Shown one piece after another: positions 34,413 to 42,444 of a stretch of 64,000 bases of DNA (its first letter is position 1; each line of letters begins with the position of its first letter). The notes beneath the pieces were generated by a model, which did no database searches, was not told the DNA's origin, and saw only the letters and a program-made list of their open reading frames with translations. The stretch spans positions 9,200 to 73,199 of the forward strand of contig JBFWOZ010000007.1 of assembly GCA_050250255.1 (NCBI GenBank), written 5' to 3'. This DNA comes from Bdellovibrionales bacterium (GTDB lineage Bacteria; Bdellovibrionota; Bdellovibrionia; Bdellovibrionales; DASUEL01). The translations under genes and the position numbers were made by a program.

Positions 34413-34739
34413 ATGAAGTACTTTCTGTATACAGTTTTAAGTATCTTTTTTGTTTTTGGAGCTCATGCGCAGTCGGTCGTAGCACCTAATTTTGAGATTC
34501 TGTCTTATGCTTTTCAGTCAGAGAGTGTGAAGTCGGCGTTAAGGAATCATTCTCTTCAGAGCGTGGTCATTACCCAATCTGTGGAATTTACAACTTGGAC
34601 TTTTGCTATTCAGATTCAGTCTATTCCCGGCGCGGAAATAGAGACTCAATCATGCCAAACTCTTATTGTTGTGAAAGCGATCAGTGGTATTGCGGGCATG
34701 ATCATCGATCCGCCAAAAGTTTTAGACTCTTGTGAATAA
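34413..34739 (+). CDS. secreted hypothetical protein
   Basis: GGAAGGAG RBS 6 nt upstream. Signal peptide MKYFLYTVLSIFFVFGAHA. 108 aa. Confidence 0.5.
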   Translation: MKYFLYTVLSIFFVFGAHAQSVVAPNFEILSYAFQSESVKSALRNHSLQSVVITQSVEFTTWTFAIQIQSIPGAEIETQSCQTLIVVKAISGIAGMIIDPPKVLDSCE

Positions 34740-34750
34740 TTGGAATGTTC

Positions 34751-35803
34751 CTACTGTTTTTGCCCGCTTCGCAGCTTAAGGCTTGCGGAGGCGGCTAAAA
34801 TAGAACGAACGGCCCCATCATCATCTTCATCATAAATATCCCCGATAATTTCTTCGAGAATGTCCTCAAGCGTGATGATGCCGATTAAAATATCGGTGTT
34901 TGAGAGTACAAGGCACATATGTTTACGGCTCACTTGCATGAGGCGAAGAGCTTTAAGAAGCGAGTCCCCTTCTTTAATTTTTAAGATGGGTCGAATGATG
35001 GATTTCCAATCCACAGCACCAGCATGTCGAAAGGCCATAAACTCTTTGGTATGCAAGATTCCGAGAACGCTGGAGTCATCACAAACGGGGAGGCGCGTGT
35101 GGCCCGACGCTAAAACAATCTCGGCTACGCGTTCGGCGGTTTGGGTCACGTGAACCGTGTTTACTTTTTCCCATGGAAACATCACATCGCGAATTCGCTT
35201 CTTCTCTAAATCGACAAGATTGATCACGTACTGTTGATGTTGCGCGGAGAGCTTATCGATATTGAGATTGTCGGTGCCTTGGCTTTTCGGCTCATTACGA
35301 AAGCGAAAAAATCGAGCGATGGTACGAGTGGAGATCTCTAAAACAAAAACAATCGGAGAAAAAATATTATCGAGTATGACTAAAAGAGGAGCTCCAAATT
35401 TCGCAACGGTGAGGGGGTGTCGTAGAGCTATAGTTTTTGGAACAAGCTCGCCAACCACCACCGTTAGGTAGGTGAGGGGTAATACAACAATCATCACTGC
35501 AATGGCACCGGCGACACTGTCGCTTAAGCCAAACTCGGTGGTTAAAATAGGACTTAAAACTTCTTCCGCACCGGCTCCGCCAACGGCTGCTGAAATAGCA
35601 CCTACTAATGTGATCCCTACCTGTAGGATCGAGAGTGTTCGCTCAGGGTTTTCGCGGTAAGTGAGAAGGCGTCCCGCAAGGGTGTCTCCATCTTTTTTTA
35701 ATTGCTTAAGAAGCGGGAGGCTTAAGGAGATAAAGGCCATTTCCACTGCGGAAAGAAGGGCATTGATCGCAAGACATGTAAGAACGACAGCTATTTTTAG
35801 CAT
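34751..35803 (-). CDS. CNNM/DUF21 membrane domain + CBS pair protein (TlyC/CorB-like)
   Basis: The N-terminus LINALLSAVEMAFISLS is typical of DUF21. The C-terminal half has a CBS-pair pattern (GHTRLPV ... IGIITLEDILEEIIG). There is no CorC_HlyC tail. Confidence 0.75.
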   Translation of the reverse strand: MLKIAVVLTCLAINALLSAVEMAFISLSLPLLKQLKKDGDTLAGRLLTYRENPERTLSILQVGITLVGAISAAVGGAGAEEVLSPILTTEFGLSDSVAGAIAVMIVVLPLTYLTVVVGELVPKTIALRHPLTVAKFGAPLLVILDNIFSPIVFVLEISTRTIARFFRFRNEPKSQGTDNLNIDKLSAQHQQYVINLVDLEKKRIRDVMFPWEKVNTVHVTQTAERVAEIVLASGHTRLPVCDDSSVLGILHTKEFMAFRHAGAVDWKSIIRPILKIKEGDSLLKALRLMQVSRKHMCLVLSNTDILIGIITLEDILEEIIGDIYDEDDDGAVRSILAASASLKLRSGQKQ

Positions 35804-35931
35804 CCGCGCACCATAGAAGTACTAAGGCACCATTAACTGGCCGCGTTGTCAAACGAGGCGGGGCCGCATTAAATCTTTCGTCGTTTCTAGGTTTGTATAT
35901 ACTTATCCTTTAATCTCTTTAAGGAGTGTCC

Positions 35932-36528
35932 ATGAAAAACAGTTTATTTGTTTTACTGTGCGTTGCTTTGTTCGCTGTCGGCTGTGGTCCTAAGGCCTTT
36001 GTAAAAGGTGATTACGATAAGGACGTTGAAAGAGACAATCTCTTAAATGACCAGTGGTCTGAAACAGATATGCAAAAAGCGGTGAAAGATCTCGTCGAGA
36101 GCATGGCCAATCACCACAGCATTGCTGCGGCTAAAAAACCGCCAACCGTAATGGTGACGAAGCTTCAAAACAAAACCAGCGAACATATCGACACTCAAAG
36201 CATTATGGATATGGTTCGTGTGGAAATCATGAACAAAAAGAACGTTGCATTTGTGGATCGTGAAGCGCGTGAAGATATGGACGAAGAGTATAACTACCAA
36301 AACTCCGGTCGTGTAGGCAAAGACAGCAAAAAAGGCCCGGGCAAACAGATTGGTGCCGACTTTATTTTGAATGGTCGATTAGATTCAATCGTTCAAGAAG
36401 TGGGTAAAGACAAAACGGTTTATTACAAGCTCACTTTAAATCTCACCAATCTTGAAAGTGGTGTGATTGCTTGGTCAAACTATAAACAAATCCGTAAGAT
36501 CTATAAAAAGAAATCAATCGGCCTTTAA
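35932..36528 (+). CDS. lpoB: penicillin-binding protein activator LpoB-like lipoprotein
   Basis: AAGGAG RBS. Lipobox AVGC. VMVTKLQNKTSEHIDTQSIMDMVRVEI...GADFILNGRL...YYKLTLNLTNLESGVIAW matches the LpoB fold pattern from memory. Confidence 0.6.
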   Translation: MKNSLFVLLCVALFAVGCGPKAFVKGDYDKDVERDNLLNDQWSETDMQKAVKDLVESMANHHSIAAAKKPPTVMVTKLQNKTSEHIDTQSIMDMVRVEIMNKKNVAFVDREAREDMDEEYNYQNSGRVGKDSKKGPGKQIGADFILNGRLDSIVQEVGKDKTVYYKLTLNLTNLESGVIAWSNYKQIRKIYKKKSIGL

Positions 36529-36549
36529 TTCACTTAGGAAAAAGGAAGA

Positions 36550-37779
36550 ATGAAAAAGCTTTTTCTATCGCTCTCCATTCTTCTTTTCGTTATCGGTTGT
36601 TCGACCTATCAAAAAAAATCAGGCGAAGCTCGAGGGCTTCTCGAGCGCGGCCGCCCAGATGAGGCCATCAAAATTTTAGAACCATTAGCGAAAGAAGAAG
36701 GCGATGACCAGCTCGTTTATCTTCTCGACTATGCCGTCGCTCTCCAATCAGCTGGTCGCTACGAGGACAGTACAAAAGCCTTTTTACAAGCGGCGAAGCT
36801 TGCGGAAGTGAAGGACTACCATAGTCTTTCGCGTGTCGTGGGATCCTTCGCTCTTAATGAGGGGATGATTCAATATAAGGGCGAAGATTACGAAAAGCTG
36901 TTGATCAATGTATTTCTCGCCCAAAACTTTCTCATGCAAAACGATCTCGATGGAGCTTTGGTTGAAACTCGAAGGCTCGATCAAATGCTCAATAAATATC
37001 GTATTGAAGCCAAAAGAGATTACGAGCAAAACGCGTTTGCCGTTTATCTCTCGGCCATGATCTGGGAGGCCGACCGCAAGTGGGACGATGCTTACATTGC
37101 TTACAGCCGTGCTCACAAGCTTCGACCCGATATCAAGATGTTAGGTGCCGATTTACTTCGTAGTTCACAGATGGCACAGCGACCTGAAGAATTCGACAAG
37201 TGGAAAAAACTCTACCCTAAAGTGAAAATGGATAAAAAGTGGTGGAAGGACCCAAATATGGGAGAGCTTGTTCTTGTCTACCAACAAGGGAGGGCGGCAG
37301 TGAAAAGACCGCATCCTGATATGCATAGAATTCCAAAACTTTTTCATGTTCCGTCGAACACGGCCGCGGCCCGACTCGAAGTGATAGGCGGTCCCACTCA
37401 AGATACCGAGATTGTTTACAATGTTTCTCAAATTGCTATCAAAACCCTCGATGATGCCTACACCGCGCTTATCGCCAAAAGAGTAGCGGGATTAGCGGCC
37501 AAAGCCGTGATCGCTGATCAGGTGAGACAAAAAGATGAGCTTCTGGGCTTCATCACATGGATTGGATTAAATATCGCGGATCAGGCGGATCTCAGGCAGT
37601 GGTCGACGCTCCCTGAAACCTTCCAAGTGGCCCGAATCCCTCTCGCAGCCGGTACTTACAAGATGAAGATTCATGGCTTGCTTGCTTCAGGAACTCCTTC
37701 GGGAGAGGCGGCCGGTGAGCAAGAAATTAAAATCGAACCTCGTAAGAAAAAGTTTTTGCTCTGGCGTTCGTTCCAGTAA
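36550..37779 (+). CDS. TPR-containing lipoprotein (uncharacterised, frequently paired with lpoB-like genes)
   Basis: Lipobox VIGC. TPR-like helices are in the N-terminal half. 409 aa. Confidence 0.5.
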   Translation: MKKLFLSLSILLFVIGCSTYQKKSGEARGLLERGRPDEAIKILEPLAKEEGDDQLVYLLDYAVALQSAGRYEDSTKAFLQAAKLAEVKDYHSLSRVVGSFALNEGMIQYKGEDYEKLLINVFLAQNFLMQNDLDGALVETRRLDQMLNKYRIEAKRDYEQNAFAVYLSAMIWEADRKWDDAYIAYSRAHKLRPDIKMLGADLLRSSQMAQRPEEFDKWKKLYPKVKMDKKWWKDPNMGELVLVYQQGRAAVKRPHPDMHRIPKLFHVPSNTAAARLEVIGGPTQDTEIVYNVSQIAIKTLDDAYTALIAKRVAGLAAKAVIADQVRQKDELLGFITWIGLNIADQADLRQWSTLPETFQVARIPLAAGTYKMKIHGLLASGTPSGEAAGEQEIKIEPRKKKFLLWRSFQ

Positions 37780-37796
37780 ATCCCCCCCCTGAGATT

Positions 37797-37967
37797 GTGG
37801 ACATTATCATTACGCATAATCTGAGTGACATGAAAACCGTTACTTTGTGCGCGGGAAAAATTAGTATAAAAGTACTAGCTCTCGAAGATCTGATTAAAAT
37901 GAAATTGCAGAGCGGTCGCCCTCAAGATCTTGAAGACGTCAAAGCCCTAAGGGAGCTTAAAAAATGA
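37797..37967 (+). pseudogene. C-terminal remnant of a nucleotidyltransferase-type TA/Abi component
   Basis: Own translation gives VDIIITHNLSDMKTVTLCAGKISIKVLALEDLIKMKLQSGRPQDLEDVKALRELKK. The LEDLIxMKLxxGRxxDxxD tail is typical of small nucleotidyltransferase-family proteins of roughly 150-300 aa, but only ~56 aa remain. It abuts the upstream gene and a C8 tract. Confidence 0.5.
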
Positions 37968-38212
37968 AGGCTCTACAAAAGTTTTCCAGTGAATATTTGG
38001 AGCAGTGTAAACACCTAAAGCCCGAGGAAACCCTAAAGTTCCTTGATGATTTTCGTCGCCTTCATGGAGAAAAATCGAAACTGAAATCGAAGCTTATTAG
38101 TATGAAAGTTTCCGAACCTCTTCTCGAAGCCTTTAAGAAAAAATCTGAGCTCCCGGGTATTCCCTACCAAACACAAATCAAAAAGCTCATGCTTGAATGG
38201 CTTAAAAGTTAA
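37964..38212 (+). CDS. BrnA/CopG-like antitoxin
   Basis: 82 aa. KLISMKVSEPLLEAFKKKSELPGIPYQTQIKKLMLEWL matches the BrnA-type pattern (IS.RL....L..lK..A...GIPYQTLI). ATGA overlap with the remnant upstream. Confidence 0.6.
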   Translation: MKALQKFSSEYLEQCKHLKPEETLKFLDDFRRLHGEKSKLKSKLISMKVSEPLLEAFKKKSELPGIPYQTQIKKLMLEWLKS

Positions 38213-38374
38213 TTTCGTATTGAGACATCTCAACGCGAGACGATTTTCTGAGACGTCAATCTTTTGCGAAGTAACAGCCTTCGTTTAACAAACAACGTCC
38301 TCAAGTCCATAGAAACTCATTAAAACCTGGTACCTACTTTGCTCTTATTCCTTGTATTACAAGGAGTCACAACC

Positions 38375-39028
38375 ATGACTGTTTCATTTTTAAAATATCT
38401 ACTTTCTGTCTGCATTTTAGTTGTCTCAATTTCATCCAATGTATTTGCCACCGATGAGGTTCCTCAATCTATCAAAGAGTTGGCAATGAAAATTGAAAGA
38501 AACCAACCTTTCGAAATGCCAAAAACAGAAACTGAATTAAGACAACTCCGTCGCGTTTTGAGTTCTAAGGCAACACAACATATGAAGTATGCAGTAGAGA
38601 TGGTGAGTCGCATGAACTATCGAACGGAACTCGCTATTGTAGAAGTGTTGAAGCTTCATGTAGGTCGTATTACTCGCACCCTTTCAAAGATGTCCAAAGC
38701 TGCGGCTCAAGCCGCTGCACGTACAACTATGGCAGCGGACTCGGTTGTACCTTATTTTACACGTGACTTGTATGAGCGCCGACTTACTCCAAAAACTCTT
38801 TCCATGCTTGTTGCTGTTGAAGAGAAGTGTGACCTTGCAATGTACGACTCACTTCTGTTTGGTATTGAAAAAATAAATGCAAACGAGATCTCAGATATTT
38901 TTTGTAAAACGGCTGTTCAAAACTATCTCATATATAAATCGGGTATTGCAGAAAATCACATATTGAATGAGCAGCCCCTATCCTCTCCAGTGCCAGTGGT
39001 GGCAGAAAAGACAGAAGTGAATCGGTAG
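38375..39028 (+). CDS. secreted all-alpha hypothetical protein 1
   Basis: AAGGAG RBS. Signal peptide MTVSFLKYLLSVCILVVSISSNVFA. No recognised domain. Confidence 0.55.
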   Translation: MTVSFLKYLLSVCILVVSISSNVFATDEVPQSIKELAMKIERNQPFEMPKTETELRQLRRVLSSKATQHMKYAVEMVSRMNYRTELAIVEVLKLHVGRITRTLSKMSKAAAQAAARTTMAADSVVPYFTRDLYERRLTPKTLSMLVAVEEKCDLAMYDSLLFGIEKINANEISDIFCKTAVQNYLIYKSGIAENHILNEQPLSSPVPVVAEKTEVNR

Positions 39029-39059
39029 GAATAGGAAGAAAAGGATTGTGGAGTTCCGA

Positions 39060-39725
39060 ATGCGGATGATTATACTAACCATTTTATTATTTACTTCTAG
39101 TTTAGCGAAGGCAGATAACCTTGCGCTTAAATTATTTGAACAACAAGTTTCCGAACTCACTAGAGAAATTGCTGTTGGTTTTAAGCCAGTGGAAGTTTTG
39201 GCGCAAGACTTGCTAAAGCTCTATGCCATTTATCCAGATGAGTACATTAAATTAGCTTCAGCATTGAACTCTCGCATTGAAGGATCTCTTGTGAGACATG
39301 CCTATGAACATTATAACTTCGAAGAGGCACAGCAATTCCGATCACGACTAAAAGATATATTGAAAATCACTCGTGAGGCCGCTGTCGCTCGTGATTTTTC
39401 AGCTCAACCATCCATAGCCGCACATTTAGATCTTCTCATCATTAAAAAAGCAAACTTAAAGGGGTCACACTTACCCTCTACGATAAGTCGCCTTGAGCAT
39501 TTACAAGCTCAAATTTTGAGATGGGCGGAACTTGAATATAAGGGTGCAAAAATCTTGGGACAAGGAAACGATTCCTACATGGGATTTTCTCAAAGAGCGC
39601 GAGATCTAAAAATGGCTGCACGGCTTATCTCACAAAAGATGAATGCAATTAAGGTGGACACCGCTAAGGATTTCCATGGTGTAGCAGCGGGCTTTTGTGG
39701 GAATTACTTAAATATAAATCACTAA
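39060..39725 (+). CDS. secreted all-alpha hypothetical protein 2
   Basis: Signal peptide MRMIILTILLFTSSLAKA. No recognised domain. The ORF track starts at 39048. Confidence 0.55.
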   Translation: MRMIILTILLFTSSLAKADNLALKLFEQQVSELTREIAVGFKPVEVLAQDLLKLYAIYPDEYIKLASALNSRIEGSLVRHAYEHYNFEEAQQFRSRLKDILKITREAAVARDFSAQPSIAAHLDLLIIKKANLKGSHLPSTISRLEHLQAQILRWAELEYKGAKILGQGNDSYMGFSQRARDLKMAARLISQKMNAIKVDTAKDFHGVAAGFCGNYLNINH

Positions 39726-39739
39726 ATAAAGGATATAGC

Positions 39740-40303
39740 ATGAAAAAACTTTTCACTCTTTTTGTTGTTTTGTTCTCTGCAATGACCTCATATGCGCAAC
39801 GCCTTTCTGATGAGGAGCTCAATAGGCGTGTTCCAAAGTCTATTGCTAATTTCTCTATTCTGGATTCCGCCATTCGCGAGTTTAGCCAAGGCAAAGAAAA
39901 CGTGGGTCGATACCTCACTCTCGTCTCTGGAGCGATGGGAAGTGAAAAGACCGGACAAACGATCTTTACCGAAAAAAACATTGTGGACACTTACAATAAA
40001 GTGAAAGACGATTCACGTACACTTCAAAATCTCTATTTGATTCTTATAAATTACACAGAACTTTTAAAGACGGGTAAGCTTGCAGGACGAGTCACGCTAA
40101 GAGATGCCACGGTAGAGGTAATAGCTTTTCAGCATTATAAAAATATGGGTGATTTGGGTGTGGTGGAGCCAGGTGTAGACGCACGAATTAAAAATGAGGC
40201 CCGCGTTGAGGCTGCTCCAATTGCGAATCAACTTTTACAAGATCTCTTTGTCGCAGAAACAACCGCCCCACAAAAGCCTACCATGCAAAAAGGTGGAAGA
40301 TAG
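39740..40303 (+). CDS. secreted all-alpha hypothetical protein 3
   Basis: Signal peptide MKKLFTLFVVLFSAMTSYA (ATG 39740; the ORF track starts at 39695). No recognised domain. Confidence 0.55.
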   Translation: MKKLFTLFVVLFSAMTSYAQRLSDEELNRRVPKSIANFSILDSAIREFSQGKENVGRYLTLVSGAMGSEKTGQTIFTEKNIVDTYNKVKDDSRTLQNLYLILINYTELLKTGKLAGRVTLRDATVEVIAFQHYKNMGDLGVVEPGVDARIKNEARVEAAPIANQLLQDLFVAETTAPQKPTMQKGGR

Positions 40304-40322
40304 GCCGTGAGATTTTATTCGC

Positions 40323-40874
40323 TTAATCTTTATTATCAAACACGTACATCACTCTTAGAAGTACGGTGACAAAACTTTGAATACCTTTGAGTCGCTGTCC
40401 TGAAGGGTCGGTGACTTCTGTATCAAAAGCCCAGTGATATTTTCCTTGAAGACCGGCGTTGAAGCGTTTGCCGAGTTCAAAATCCACACCTAATCCCGTG
40501 TAAAGTCCAAAGCCTGAGCTTGTTGCTCTTTCGGTAGGAAGATCGTGACCAATAAAGTCCACCCCAGCAAGAGCAGAAAAGTAAGCGGCATCGTAACTAT
40601 TGAAGTAAAAATTTAAACCGGTGCTGATTTCTTGATGGCGAAGTCCGTTGTGGCTGCTACTCAAGTAACCAATCTCAAATTGCATTTCAGAGCTTGTCGT
40701 ATAGTTTCCAAATACTCCAAACCCAAGAGCATTGCCGTAGCGGCTTCCAACGTCTTGTTGTAATCCGACATGACCTGCTTGAACACCAAGGCGCACCTCG
40801 TGCTCATCGATGGCAAAAGCGGGGGAGAGAAAAAAGAAACTTACTGCAGCTGCAGAGACAAATCGGGAAATCAT
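40323..40874 (-). CDS. small outer-membrane beta-barrel protein (OmpA-beta/OmpW-like porin family)
   Basis: AAGGAG RBS before ATG 40874. Signal peptide ends FAIDE. It has alternating amphipathic beta strands with aromatic girdles, ending LLRVMYVF before a short tail. Confidence 0.6.
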   Translation of the reverse strand: MISRFVSAAAVSFFFLSPAFAIDEHEVRLGVQAGHVGLQQDVGSRYGNALGFGVFGNYTTSSEMQFEIGYLSSSHNGLRHQEISTGLNFYFNSYDAAYFSALAGVDFIGHDLPTERATSSGFGLYTGLGVDFELGKRFNAGLQGKYHWAFDTEVTDPSGQRLKGIQSFVTVLLRVMYVFDNKD

Positions 40875-40952
40875 ACACACTCCTTCTAAAATATGAGGTT
40901 ATTTGAAACCTCGAAAAAATTTAGTGTAGTTGAGAGTCTCTAAAAACACAAA

Positions 40953-40985
40953 AGCCCTACTCGTTGCGGCGAATAGGGCTTTTTA
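40953..40985. terminator. bidirectional rho-independent terminator downstream of phaR-like gene
   Basis: gccctactcg / cgaatagggc forms a 10-bp stem (1 mismatch), flanked by an A-run upstream and a T-run downstream. Confidence 0.55.
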
Positions 40986-41008
40986 TGGTCTTCATCTTAA
41001 AAGATGAA

Positions 41009-41608
41009 TTATTGGTTCAAAGACTTGTTAGCTCCTGGAAGCTCTGGAGTGTCATCGATATCCACTGAAGTATCAGATGAAGACTCACCGCGAGCATTCG
41101 CTAAGCGTTGATCAAGAGCGCTTTTCACATCGTCATAAGAACGAGGTGTTTCAACATACTCAGTCACGCGTGGCTCAGAAGGTCTAACCGCATTGGCTGG
41201 GAAGGCACCAAGCTTTGCAAGAAAGCTAGAGATGCTGCCGTTGCCATGCTGGATGATTTCGCGAAGAGTTGAAAGAGGAGCATATTCAGAAGCCTTCTTC
41301 TCAGCTTCAAAAATGATCTGAGTTAAAGTTGCAGCTGTGATGTCTCTTTTAGTCTTATTATCAATAACCATCACTTCTTCGTTCGCACGGATCATCTTGG
41401 CGATGTCCTCAAGCGTAACGTAGCAGCTTTGTTGCGTGTCATAGAGTTTGCGATTCTGATATCGCTTAATGATCTTCACGCTCGTGCTCGTATTTGGTCT
41501 TGCCATCACTGATGGTGTTGTTTGAGATTGTGTATTCAAGTTTGCCTCCCCTTCTTTCAAAGAGCCCTGATTAACGTTAGTACTTTCTTTTTTTGTCCAT
41601 TCGTCCAT
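41009..41608 (-). CDS. PhaR-like regulator (PHB/PHA accumulation regulator DNA-binding domain)
   Basis: IIKRYQNRKLYDTQQSCYVTLEDIAKMIRANEEVMVIDNKTKRDITAATLTQIIFEAEKK is the PhaR N-terminal domain signature. The start is uncertain (41749, 41608 or 41506). Confidence 0.7.
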   Translation of the reverse strand: MDEWTKKESTNVNQGSLKEGEANLNTQSQTTPSVMARPNTSTSVKIIKRYQNRKLYDTQQSCYVTLEDIAKMIRANEEVMVIDNKTKRDITAATLTQIIFEAEKKASEYAPLSTLREIIQHGNGSISSFLAKLGAFPANAVRPSEPRVTEYVETPRSYDDVKSALDQRLANARGESSSDTSVDIDDTPELPGANKSLNQ

Positions 41609-41861
41609 TATTTTGTCCCACCGATTGCCTGTTAAACTACTTATTTCACTGGCAAATTTTAAGTCGTGGTTGTCCCGTTTGATGCCCGTCCCAGATGTGT
41701 GGGCACAATAGGTCTGGCCGCCACATGTTGTCAAGCGATCTAATAGCACCTTTCTTGATTTTTAACGCACCACGTACGGTCCCTTTGTTAGGAAGCTTTC
41801 CGAGAGAAAACTGGTTAGTGCTCTCAAGTTTTTCCTAAAACTGGCCGAAGGTACAGGGAGC

Positions 41862-42338
41862 ATGAGAAGTTGGAATAAAAAATCAGAATTTATTGAAAAA
41901 ATTAAGCAAAATCAAGCATTTGCAACGTCTGATTTGCTTCTTGTTTTGGGCTCAATTTGTCTCGTTTTGATCATTGTGATCCCTATATTACTTAAGGGGG
42001 CAGAAGGAAGCCGAGTGGAAAAGGCTCAGCGAGAAATGAGAAAATTCACTCAAGAATCAACATTTTTGCAGCTCGCCATGTATCACCCAAAAAAATCTTC
42101 GAGAAGTTTAGCCTCTGTTTCTCCAATCGTAGAAACCTCCAAGCATGATCCATGGGGACATCCTTACAAAATGGATACGATTGTCGACCATTACGGGCAG
42201 CCTAGTTTTTTCGTGATCTGGTCGCCCGGTCCTAATGGGATTATAGAGACTCCTCAAGCACAACCTATTCTTCGCAGTGGTCGTGTACAGCTTCAGTTTT
42301 TGGGGGACGATCTCGGCTATGCAATTGCGCTCAAGTGA
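41862..42338 (+). CDS. GspG-like pseudopilin (type II secretion / type IV pilin-like), atypical prepilin motif
   Basis: Hydrophobic helix is LLLVLGSICLVLIIVIPILL. The C-terminal DPWGHPYKMD...FFVIWSPGPNGIIETP matches the T2SS G-protein pattern DPWGxPYxY...SxGxDG. The cleavage motif reads AFATSD instead of GFTLxE. Confidence 0.55.
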   Translation: MRSWNKKSEFIEKIKQNQAFATSDLLLVLGSICLVLIIVIPILLKGAEGSRVEKAQREMRKFTQESTFLQLAMYHPKKSSRSLASVSPIVETSKHDPWGHPYKMDTIVDHYGQPSFFVIWSPGPNGIIETPQAQPILRSGRVQLQFLGDDLGYAIALK

Positions 42339-42444
42339 GCGACGTCTGTTCATCGCTCGTCGCCCTCAAATAACCAGACTTTCACCCTCTTAAGTCTCAG
42401 AACAGAACACCGAAGAGTCATTGAAGCCTCATAAAGGAATAAAA

